Part shown: in pieces, positions 22,559-34,268 of the stretch
How positions within the stretch are numbered: the stretch's first letter is position 1
Layout of the letters: every line of letters starts with the position of its first letter
Origin: Paraspadella gotoi
Lineage: Eukaryota; Animalia; Chaetognatha
Reading direction: 5' to 3'
Length of the DNA stretch: 64,000 bases
NCBI GenBank assembly: GCA_051294375.1
Contig: CM119269.1
Span: 14,457,918 to 14,521,917, forward strand
Program-made: the position numbers and the translations under genes
Notes under the pieces: generated by a model
Databases searched by the model: none
Seen by the model: only the letters and a program-made list of their open reading frames with translations
Told to the model about the DNA's origin: nothing

Positions 22559-25500
22559 GAGAGAGATGAGAGAGATGAGAGGAGAGAGAGAGAGAAGAGA
22601 GAGAGAGGAGAGAGAAGAGAGAGAGGAGAAGGAAAGAGAGAGGGGAGCAGAACACAAAATCTCTACCAGGCAAAGTCACGGTTCGAAAAAAAAAAACTTC
22701 TCTAGAAAAGACAAAGCTGCCATCGGAAAGGGAGAAATTAAGAGAGAGAGAAGAGGAGAGAGAGAGAGAGAGAAAGAGAGACGAGAGGGAGGGGAGAGAG
22801 GGACGCGCGGACGAGGAGAGAGAGGAGAGGAAGGAGAGGAGAGACGAGAGAGAGAAAGAGAGAGAGAAGAGAGAGAGAAAAGGACAGGTTTATATAAGCC
22901 GAGAACCGTGGAAACTTTTCCCGACTATTCTCTGTTTTAAAAAAGTTCGCACAAAATAAAAAAAATTATAAAAATAAAAATTTTTCAAACGCGGACTAAA
23001 ATTTCTTTAAAAAATTAAATGCCTGCGCAGGAAATGCAGATTGAAAAAAGGCGATTGCCGGGATATGGCATGGCATGGCCAATGGTATGTTAAAGATATT
23101 CTCTGGCAAAGAGTTTATAAGTATTCATTAAGCGCGAAGTCTCTTGGACAAGTTGGGAAGGAGGCCTTGCCAAACTTCTGAGATTGGGGCCTCGGTCCGT
23201 GGCGGGAAAAATAAAAAAAAACATGCTCAAGAAAAAAATACTAATTAAAGAAAAGACTATTTATAACTGCATCTTTAGCTCTATTTTAAAGGGTTTAAAA
23301 GAAAGAGAAGGAGCAGAGAAAGAAAGAGAGAAGAGGAAGGAGGAAGGAGGAAGGAGAGGATAAGAGGAGAGAAAGGCAAAACTTCCCTTTCCTTTAAAGT
23401 CACGATCAACCTTTAATATACAAAACTAGACTTTTTAAAAGTTTCAAATGAATATACTTTACCTTAACTAGTTTAAGAAAAAACTTTCATGCTCAACTTT
23501 TCAATCAAAAACTTTCGAGTAATAAAGAAATATTACACCCAAACAAAATAGGAAATTTTCTGGTTGGAGGAAAAAAAAAGAAAAAAAGAAAAAAGAGAAG
23601 GAGAGAAAAAGGGCTTCCAAATAAATTCCTCAGAATTAAGGTTGCCTAAATTCAAAATTTTTTTGACGACATCCAATATTCGCGGGCGAAGACCGGCACG
23701 TTTTGGCCCGCGCCAAGCCGACGCGCCCCCGGTTGTCGGCGACACCACAAGCTCGGCAACCGCGATCTGTGCCGACGGCCTTTGCCACGCCTTTGCCGAC
23801 GCCTTTGCCGACGCCTTTGCCGACCCTTTCCGACTTTTGCCGACGCCTTGTGCCGACTCCTTGCCGACGTCATTGCCGACGGTCTTTGCCCATTACACCG
23901 TCAAAGGTCTTTGACGACGCCTTTGCTTAATACCGTCGAAGTCTCTGCCGACGCCTTTGCCGACTCGTGTCGAGTGCCCTTGCAACACAGTCAACGCCCT
24001 TTCCCCGACACCATTTTTTGATACGGTTCCGATGCTTTGCGCCGGCGCCTTTGCCGGACACAATCGACGTCTCAGCCGAGGACTTGTTTTGATGGCCTTT
24101 GCTGACGCTTTTGCGTGACGCCGCTACTACGATCAACCGATTTTAGCTTCTATTTGATTAAAAATTCTTCCCGCGTACGCCGTTTTCCGCCAGGTCCGTT
24201 TCCGCGCTGCCGCACCGCCGCCGCCGCTGCCGCCACTGCAGCCGCGCCACCCTGCCGCTTTCTCCGCCGCCGCCTTCACTAAACGGCAATTATCTTTCTC
24301 CGATTTCGTCAGCGATTAAAAAAAAGTGCCTTCTTTTCTCTCTCCTCCTCTCTCGTCTCTCTCGCTCTCTCGGTTGGGTGATGGAGTAATAGATTCATGG
24401 CGGGGGGGTGATGGAGTGATTCAGTGATGCAGTGAAGTGGGGTATGATGGAGTAAAGGGGAGCTGGAGTGCAGATTCTGAGTAATATTATATAATCAAGA
24501 TAATTAAATCGCCAAACGAATTCTTTAGAAATCCTTCAGTTCAAACGCCGGTCGCAAAACTTTACAGAATTGTTTACTATACAAAAGTAAGCCAAATTTT
24601 CTCTCTCTCCCTATATAACTACCCAATTGGATTCCATTCGCTTTTATGATTATAATTAATCGATTCATCTCATTTTGTTCGCCATTTTTATCTCGACCAC
24701 CTCCACTCCCAAGTGATTTGTGAATCAGATTATATGGAGTGATTGAGTGATTGAGTGATTGAGTGATTGAGTGATAACAGATCGTGGGTTGGAGAAATTG
24801 GGCGACGGTGCGATGGTGCGATGTGGAAGGGATTCGAGTGAAGAGATGGGGTGATTTGAGGATGAAGTGATGGGGTCAGTGATGTGATGGCCGAGTGGTG
24901 CTGGACAATTTCGGAAAAAGGGCGAAGGGGTGATTTGATGATGGAGCGATTGTGTTACGGGATTTGTGTGAACGTCCAGTAGTTGTTGAATTGTATTTTG
25001 GTGCGAAAATGATTCGACCCACTGTGATCTGGCGATGATTGGTTTCCAATCATCACAACAACAACCACAAAACCGACGACAACGACGAAAACGACGTCAA
25101 GGACCTTGGGTTTTCTTTCCCGTTCGAAGGCTATTAACTCTGAAACCGTAAAGGGTACAAATCGAGATCAAAATCCCATCAGCCGTAAATTTACTTGGAT
25201 TCCTTCTACAATTAAAACCTCATTTCGCGACGATGAGGGAAGGACGACGACGACGACGACGATGACGACGAGGAATATTTATCCCGTTTTTCTTCCCACT
25301 TGAAGCTTTTATAAATATGTCGTTCCCCCGTCTCACGCTGCTGTTCCTGCTGCCGCGGCCGCCGCCGCTGCTGATGTCGCGTCCTTGACAAAATATAAAC
25401 AAAACACGAAGAGCGATCCGACTGCGATGCTGCGCGCCTTTCTACATAGCTGACTATTTAAGTACTATAAAAAATATTGTTAAAAAAACTACGAGAAATA

Positions 25501-26064
25501 AAACTAAGTTTATTTAAATGATATAGAAAAAACAACAAATTGGCTATTCTATAATTCCTATTGTAATATTCATGAGGGTACAGTTGCACAAATTTTTGAG
25601 AATCAATAAAATTTCTTTACAGAGATGCAATTTCACCCAGTGAGTCCATTTTATCCCTGGGTTGAAAAAAAGGAATTCTTACTCATCCTCTTAGAACCGA
25701 GGATCGCGTAATGACTCGGCTTTCATTGTGCGAGAAAACCGGCTGATTGTTTCGCCAAGAAAAAAATGAGGAAGAAAGTTAATTTTTCTTTCCATCGATT
25801 GGATTCAACGAGAAGACGATTTTAAAATTATTCTTCGCTTTTTCTCTAAGACTCACGAAGAGGACGAGTTTCGAAGTCTGGCTTTTTTTTTTCTTTCTCT
25901 CATTTTCTGTCTTTGATAATTATTTATTTATTTCATTTCTACGTTTTCTTTTTATTTTCTCCGCGTATTTTGGTGGCTTCATGCTCTTTTGTTATCTCAG
26001 CGAAGACTCGCGTAAAAGTCGACATTTCCTTGAGTTGATTTGATGTCGCCAAGATCACGTACGT

Positions 26065-26820
26065 AATAGCAGGTACGCAAACAATAGCAGGTATGCAAAC
26101 TCTAATAAATATCTGTGCCTCAGTATTCAGAGCAGTTTTGTTTTACTTTTAGTTTTAAAAAAACAAAAGTAATATATTTTGGAAAACCTTACACAGACGT
26201 TGATAAAGATGTTCTTTCTTTAACAGTTACCCTATAGAACTCGTTAAAAATGGACTTATCTTGGCTTTAACCTGTAGTAGCGACAAGGGGTCCTTATTTG
26301 AACCTAGCAAAGAACTCTCATCTTTCTATCGATCGAGTAATTGTTTAATTAATGCTTTGTATAAACCATCTGAAGAAGTTCTATGAAATTGTTTTATACA
26401 AATTGTGTCCCTATACTACTAAATGGCTGTGAGGTAAAATCTTTTTTGGCTAGAGACATGAACAGAATTAATGTTGCTATTAAGATGGTATCAGAAAAAT
26501 ATTCGGATTCAACCGATGGGAGCATTAGAGAGCTTCGGACTTCATTTGGTTACTGTGATATTATTACCATGTTTAACCAGCGCAAAAAGAACTTTATTTC
26601 CAAGATCTATAGTTCGAAAAATTTAGTTTTCAAAAAAATAATCGCATTCTTTAATGATTGAAATATATTAATTGATAATTTGGAACTTTTTGTCTGTGGG
26701 TGGTGGTTTCACGCAATCTTTAACTTTGTTTTGTCTTTAGACTTAGCTTTTTTTTTGATGCGTTTGGGTCCTGTATGTACTGAATCAACCTTGTTGAATT
26801 CGAAAAAAAACGCATATAAT
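26065..26820 (+). mobile_element. 5'-truncated non-LTR retrotransposon (LINE) reverse-transcriptase C-terminal fragment, frameshifted
   Basis: Piecewise translation gives GMQTLINIC..YSEQFCFTFSFKKTKVIYFGK...PIELVKKWTYLGF...KELSSFYRSSNCLINALYKPSEEVL.KLFYTNCVPILLNGCEVK...SIRELRTSFGY. This is the typical post-YADD, YLG and thumb region of LINE RTs. YADD itself is absent. Confidence 0.8.
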
Positions 26821-27169
26821 AGTGAGTAGCATGTTTCTTATTGTGCGGAGAGAAACTTGTATTCCTATCTTATGACTAAATTTATAGGAAAGTGTTTTCC
26901 TAGATCGATTTACCTGGTAATCCTGTAAGGAATTTAGCACAACATCGTCTTTGAGACAATTAAAATAATTGTTATGCGTATTGTAACTTTGTACTCAGCG
27001 TCATTTTCACGACAGCTCTAACTGTAAACTTTATCACCTTCGTCAGTTCACGAGTTTTCGTGGTTCGCCCCCGCTCTCCCCACCCCGCTAAGCACTAACC
27101 CGCCTCCCTCCACCTGCGAGTCTCTCGGCCAAACTTCGGCTTTCAAGGATTTCCAAGTCGCAAACACGA

Positions 27170-28425
27170 AAGAGAACCTAGAAGGAAGACGAAGACGAAG
27201 ACAAAGAAAGACGAAGACGAAGAAGAAAGGCGAAGACAAAGAAAGGCGAAGAGGAAGAGGAAAGGCGAAGACGAAGACAAAGAAAGGCGAAGACAAAGAC
27301 GAAGAAGAAAGACGAAGACAAAGAAAGGCGAAGAGGAAGAAGAAAGCAAAGACAAAGAAAGGCGAAGAGGAAGAAGAACGGCGAAGACGAAGACAAAGAA
27401 AGACGAAGACGAAGAAGAAAGACGAAGACAAAGAAAGGCGAAGATGAAGACGAAGACGAAGAAGAAAGGCGAAGACAAATAAAGGCAAAGATGAAGACGA
27501 AGACGAAGACGAAGGCAAAGAAAGGCGAAGAGGAAAGAGAAGGGCGAAGACGAATAAGAAGGACGAAGTCGAAGACGAAGGCGAAGAAGAAGAGAAAAGA
27601 AGAAGACCAACAGTGACAAAGGCGAGGACAAAGGCGAGGACAAAGGCAAATACAACGATCCTAACGACGATGTCTGCGAAGACAATGATGAAGATGAATA
27701 CGAAGAAGATGACGAAGATGAAGACAATAACGACGACCAAATCGAGAAAGAAAATAACGAGGAAGACTAAAGACTAAAACGATGACGACGACGAAAAAAA
27801 AAAAGAAGACGAAGACGACGGTTAAGACGATTACGAGAACGACGACGACGGAAATGAGGACGACGACGACGACGACGACGACGGAAATGAGGACGACGAC
27901 CCCCGACGATTAGAACCACGATGATGACGTCAACTCGAGATCACGTGATTTTTACGCAATCAATCGCCGTCAAATGATCGTAAATGGCAAAGTGCCAGAG
28001 TGAATTTCGTCGACTGAAAATGAAAAAAAAAAATGTTGGAATCGAAAAAGGAATTTGAAGGAATTTCTTCGGTGAGAAAAACTGAAATAGAAAGGTTGAA
28101 GGCTGATGATGAATCGGGGGACGACGAGGGCTTCAAAGACGATATCGACGACGAGGATGACGACGACGACGACAAGGATGATGACGACGACGACAAGGAT
28201 GATGACGACGACAAGAACGAAGATGACCACCAAGAGATCAAGACGAGAGACAGGGATGATGACTATTACGACAATGACAAAGAAGACTAAGACGATTACA
28301 ATAATGAGAATGATGATAATGACATTTTCGAAGTAGAAGAAAACGAGGAAGATCGCGACGGTGATGACGACGACGACGACGACGACGACGATATGATTGT
28401 GACAAAGAAGACGACGACGACGAAT
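27170..28425 (+). repeat. Purine-rich degenerate repeat (gaagac/aaagaaaggc) and (GAC/GAT)n tracts (duplicate at ~34615-35870)
   Basis: Almost T-free on the + strand over 27180-27650; units are not consistently multiples of three. Confidence 0.85.
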
Positions 28426-28793
28426 GAAAAAGAAAAGATTTTCTTTTTTTCCTTTTTCACTTTTCTTTTCTTTCTTTCTTTTTCTTTCTTTTTCCGACTC
28501 AAAATAAACGTCTCTTCTTCCGCCTGCGGGATTTTCTCTCTCGAATAACTTTTTTTCGGAAGGGGGCTTCGTCCGAAAGGGAGAGCGTGCTTGCAAGCGT
28601 GGGAATGGGAGGGCGTGCTTGCAAGCTCGCGATTACATAAGAGATCAATTCTTGCAAGCGCGGAAATGGGGATTGGGGAAGCTTGTTCGCGAGCGCGTGA
28701 ATGCAAAAGCGAACCAGCAACCGGGTGATTGGGGAGAGGCTGCCCGCGAGCAAGCGAGCGAAAGACGTACGTAGAAATCATTGCGTGAGAAAC

Positions 28794-28921
28794 GGAGCAT
28801 GCGAGCGCGTTCGTGCACGCGTGGGGAAATGGAGCATGCGAGCGCGTTCGTGCACGCGCGGGGAAATGGAGCATGCGCGCGCGTTTGTGCACGCGTGGGG
28901 AAATGGAGCTTGCGAGCGCGT
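28794..28921 (+). repeat. 37-bp CpG-rich tandem repeat, ~3.5 copies (noisy duplicate at ~36237-36346)
   Basis: ggagcatgcgagcgcgttcgtgcacgcgtggggaaat starts at 28794, 28831, 28868 and 28905. Confidence 0.9.
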
Positions 28922-29804
28922 CCGAGCATTCCCAATTATTTAAATCTCTTCGTGCGTTGATTGAATTTCATCGCAATCGGCGACAAAACGATTCTTCGAT
29001 TCGAGGCCGAGAAATTCGCATGTAGGCTGCGTGTCGCGCGCACGTTGCGTACACGGCCCCAACGACGCGTATGGATTCGGTCAAATGCCTAAGTTGGCTA
29101 AGTTGGCTTCGAGCCAGGAAACAAAAAAAATCGCGCCTTGAATCTTCTTCCGCCGACTCTGTCTCTCTCCGTCTCTCTCTTTCTCTCTCCGTCTCTCTCC
29201 GTCTCTCTCTTTCTCTCTCAGAGTCAGACCTCGGAAGCCGTGAGGTTATTTACACGGCGACGACGCGAAAGAGGTTACGCACTCAAAACCAAAAAAAAAA
29301 AAAAATCAGTAAATACGAGTTTTTCTCGGGATTTTTTTTCGGGTCTTCGGGGTCTGGAACCCGAGACCTTTTAAACATTGTTTCGTCCTTTGGGTCGCGA
29401 TGCTTCATCTCGTTGCCTCCTTGTCCGTCACCGTTGCCGCGCGCCCCCTAGCGTGATTAGTTAAGGCGTCCAGTCTCTAGTGCTACTTTGTTTTCGCGTT
29501 TGATTGATTGGCGATTTCTTTTTACCGGATTACGATTACAAAAAAAAAATCTTACGAAAAAGGAAAAGTTACTTATTTAAATATTATTAATTTTGTTTAG
29601 ATTTTTTATTTCTATTTTTCATTACCCCTATTTTTAATTATCAAAACCCGAAAATGAATTTTTAATTATAAAAAAACTCAGTTTGTTTTCCCTCAATGTT
29701 ATACTCTTATACTCTTACAGCAAAGTAACATAGCTTTTCCCATTGACTTTTCCTACTTGTTTTCCGAGAGCCTTCCCTTTCACTAAACGTTATTCCACTG
29801 CTCG

Positions 29805-30100
29805 TTCCATGCTTTTCTTTTTCCGTTCATCATGCGTTCACCGTGTCTTTCCATGTTTTCCCTTTCAACTAATCATGCTTTCACCGTGTCTTTCCATGTT
29901 TTACATCCGCCAATCAACACGGTGTCTTTCCATGCTTTTTCCTTTTCCGCTAATCAAGCTTTCGCCGTGTCTTTCCCTGCTTTTACATCTGACTATCAGG
30001 CTTTCACCGTGTCTTTCCATGCTTTTTCCCTTATCCGCTAATCATGCTTTCACCATGTCATTCCATGCTTTTCCCCCATTCCGCTAATCATGCTTTCAGT
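29805..30100 (+). repeat. ~40-45-bp degenerate minisatellite, ~7 copies (duplicate at ~37220-37525)
   Basis: Recurring tttcaccgtgtctttccatgcttttccc...ccgctaatcatgc. Confidence 0.85.
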
Positions 30101-30618
30101 GGTGTCACTTTTTCCCTTTTTCTTTCGGTCTGTCGACTTCGTTTTCTCCGTCGCTCAAGCGAACGTCAGAAAATTAGGCAGCGACTCCTTTTCACTTTTC
30201 TTTTCTTTTTTTCTTTATTCTTTTCTATATATTTTTTTTTGTTCTTTTTTTCTCTTCTCTTATCACCCTTTTTCCTTTTCTGGTTTCGGTTTAACATTTC
30301 TGGAATCTTTTCCTCACTTTAGAAAAGCATTTGATCCAGTTTTTTTAATGTTCGTTGCCCTGTATTATTTTTACTCTATTTTCTATATGGTTTTTTCTTT
30401 CTTTATTCCTTCCCCCCCCTCCAAATATTTAGTATTCAGCATTTAAAATATCATCAATCACTTTTCTCCTGCTTTTTTTTTCTCTTCGACAAAGTTTTCT
30501 CTTTTCCTTAAATTCTCCTGATTTGATTCGAAACTCTGTATCCCGTTTCGCCTCCTTTTCTTTTTCAGATTTTACAATATGTTTCCCGCAAATCTCGCGA
30601 CTTATCAATTTGGTCCTC

Positions 30619-30649
<31 letters not shown>

Positions 30650-30679
30650 TCTCTCTTCTCTCTCTCTCTCTCTCTCTCT

Positions 30680-30718
<39 letters not shown>

Positions 30719-32234
30719 CCCCCATATCTTTCATCTCTCGGTTTTGAGAGCCAAGCCCAGTCGGTGGCGAGATGAAGTATTGGCTTCTCTGGCGAGAAAG
30801 TGAGGGACTGGTCGACGCACGAAACGAAGGGAGGGCGTGGCGCTTGGTCGATCGATAGGAACCAGTGAATCGAGTTTGACGTGATTATTGGGAGAATGCT
30901 GCGACGCTTTCAAAGTAATTAGTTTGAGTCCGTCGGTGTGGGAAATAGTTTGATGGCTGAAAAGGCTCAAGTGGGTTAAGGTTTGCCGGAGAAAATTAAT
31001 TGATTTAATTTCGAAAATCGGTATTTTGCTAATTACGCGAAACGGGTAGCTAAAATGCTTTGGGGACATAGATGCAGGAAAACGTTTCTAGTAATTTTAT
31101 TCGTAAATTTACCCTAAGTTTCTAGTAAATTACCTACTTGTCTAAAATGCAATAATATTTAAACGAAATGGCATTAAATACTGTAAGATGAAAATAAATA
31201 AATTCAGCTTTGAGTTGGAAACGATGAAGTTCGATGAGTCTGAGTGCGAAGGAAGACAATTAGGGTTAAAAGGAGTTAAAGATAAGAAGTGTTAAGGAGA
31301 AAAAAAAAGGATGCCGAGGTTCAACAGACATTCAAAGCTCCGAGGTAAGGGGCGAAAGGTGAGGCAGGTCGACTGGTAAGGGACGACGCGATCCGGAAAC
31401 CCACCGGGTTAAGTAAAAGGAGAAAAGACGAAAAAGAAATTAAAGGGAAAAAAATAAAGAAAAGAAATAAAAGAACAAAATGTTCTCAGTGCCCGCAACG
31501 ATTTTTCCTAGTAAACAATCCGATAAGTTAAGTATTATTAATATACAGACTATTCTTAGCTTAATTCTTGTTTCATGTTCGTTGAGGAAAATTGAATCAG
31601 CAGCAAATGTAAATTAACAATTATCGCAATTTTTTTTTTTCGTAGAAAATTTAACAAAATCTTTATAGTTTCAAAAACACTTGGCTTTCCACGTCTCTAC
31701 AATAAGTTCTCATTGAGGACTTGACAGAACCTACCCATCCTCACTTCACAGAACCTACCCATGCTCACTTCGCCCATTCCTTTCAGAAAGTCAGTCACAC
31801 TTTCCTCGCCCCCCGCGTCAACGCCCGTCAACGCCACCTGAAGAAACAAATGACCGCTGCAGCGACATCTGACGTCGATGTCGTCATCGTCGTTGACGTC
31901 GCTGTCGTCGTCGTTGTTGTAATCGAATGAAAAAACAAAAGGCTTCTCCAAGGATTCGTTGGGGAGCGGGGCGAGGAAGATTCGATTTTCTTCGATATTT
32001 CTCTCTCTTTCTCGCTCTGTCTCTCTCTCTCCTCTATCTGCTGCTCTCTCTCTCTCTCTCTCTCTCTCCTCTCTCTCTCCTCCTCTCCTCTCTCTCTCTC
32101 TCTCGCTCTTTTACTCTCGGCGTACAGTAGGAAGGTTTATCCTTCTTTCTCCCAGGGGCGCAGTTTATTGGTTTTGTGGCTTTTGTTTTTTTCTTTCTTG
32201 GTCGAAAACGCCGAGAGAGAAGAAGGGAGAGAGA

Positions 32235-32308
<74 letters not shown>

Positions 32309-33501
32309 GGTCCCTCCGTAGCTTAAACACGATGTTTGTTCAAGTTGATGGCGGCAATTTTTCTCACGCTCGCCTTTCGTCTTTCTTTCTTTCTTCTCTC
32401 CTCGTTTTTTTTCTTCTCTCTCTCTCTCTCTCTCTCTCTCCCTTTCACTCCTCTTCGTCTCTGTCTCTGTCTCTCTCTTTTATTTCTTCCCTCCTTTCCT
32501 TCTCGAGGGACGAATAAAAACTGCGTATGTCACGAGTGTCTGCAGAGAAAAAGAAAAGAAGAAGGAAGNNNNNNNNNNNNNNNNNNNNNNNNNAAAATCC
32601 CATCAGCCGTAAATTTACTTGGATTCCTTTCTACAATTAAAACCTCATTTCGCGAACTGATGAGGGGAAGGGACGACGACGACGACGACGATGACGACGA
32701 GGAATAGTTATCCCGTTTTTTCTTCCACTTAAGCTTTTATAAATATGTCGTTGTCCGCCGTCTCACGCTGCTGTTCCGTGCCTGCCGCCGGCCCGCCGCC
32801 TGCTGATGGTCGCGTTCCATTTGACAAAATAAATTAAACAAAACACGAGAGCATCCGACTGCGAATGCCTGCGCGCCTTCACATAGCTGACTATTTAAGT
32901 ATATAAAAAATATTTTAAAAAAACTACGAGAAATTAAAACTAAGTTTATTTTAATGTATGTAGAAAAAACAACAAATTGGCTATTCTATTTAATTCCTAT
33001 TTGTAATATTCATGAGGGTACAGGTTGCACAAATTTTTGAGAATTCAATAAAATTTCTTTACAGAGATGCAATTTCACCCAGTTGAGTCCATTTTATCCC
33101 TGGTTGAAAAAAAGAATTCTTACTCATCCTCTTTAGAACCGAGGATCGCGTAATGACTCGGCTTTCATTGTCGCGAGAAAACCGGCTGATTGTTTCGCCA
33201 AGAAAAAAATGAGGAAGAAGTTAATTTTTCTTCCATCGATTGGATTCAACGAGAAGACGATTTTAAAATTATTCTTCGCTTTTTCTCTAAGACTCACGAA
33301 GAGACGAGTTTCGAAGTCTGGCTTTTTTTTTTTCTCTCTTTTCTGTCTTTGATAATTATTTATTTATTCATTTCTACGTTTTCTTTTATTTTCTCCGCGT
33401 ATTTTGGTTGGCTTCAGCTCTTTTTTATACTCAGCCGAAGACTCGCGTAAAAGTCGACAATTTCCTTAGTTGATTCTGATGTCGCCCAAGATCACGTACG
33501 T

Positions 33502-34268
33502 AATAGCAGGTACGCAAACATAGCAGGTATGCCAAACTCTATAAATATCTGTGCCTCAGTATTCAGAGCCAGTTTTGTTTTACTTTTAGTTTTAAAAAAA
33601 CAAAAGTAATATATTTTAGGAAAACCTTACACAGACGTTGATAAAGATGTTTCTTTCCCTCTTAACAGTTACCCTATAGAACTCGTTAAGTAAATGGACT
33701 TATCTTGGCTTTAACTGTAGTAGCGACAAGGGGTCCTTTTTGAACCTGCAAAGAACTCTCATCTTTCTATCGATCGAGTAAATGTTTAATTAATGCTTTG
33801 TAATAAACCATCTGAAGAGTTCTAATGAAAGTTGTTTTATTACAAATTGATTACCACATCATACTACTAAATGGCTGTGAGGTAAAATCTTTTTTGCTAG
33901 AGACATGAACAGAATTAAGTTGCTAATTAAGGTATGGTATCAGAAAAATATTCGGATTCAACCGATGGGAAGCATTAGAGAGCTTCGACTTCATTGTGGT
34001 TACTGTGATTTAATTACATGTTTAACCAGCGCAAAAAGAACTTTATTTCCAAGATCTATATAGTTCGAAAATTTAGTTTTCAAAAAAATTAATCGCATTC
34101 TTTAATGATTGAATATATTAATTGATGAATTTGGAACTTTTTGTCTGTGGGTGGTTGGTTTTCACGCAATCTTTAACTTTGTTTTGTCTTTAGACTTAGC
34201 TTTTTTTTTGATGCTTGCCTGTATGTACTGAATCCTTGTGTGAATTCGAAAAAAAAACGCATATAATA
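33502..34268 (+). mobile_element. Second copy of the LINE RT fragment, inside the tandem duplication
   Basis: Colinear with 26065-26820 but with more indels. Confidence 0.75.

Noticed and set aside
27048-28596. Long minus-strand ORFs (230, 194 and 208 aa) rich in F/V/S/L that look like membrane proteins
   Set aside because: They are antisense readings of a purine-rich repeat that cannot form stops. They are open in several frames and not preserved in the duplicate copy.
28794-28921. 37-bp palindromic repeats as CRISPR direct repeats
   Set aside because: The period equals the unit length, so there are no spacers.
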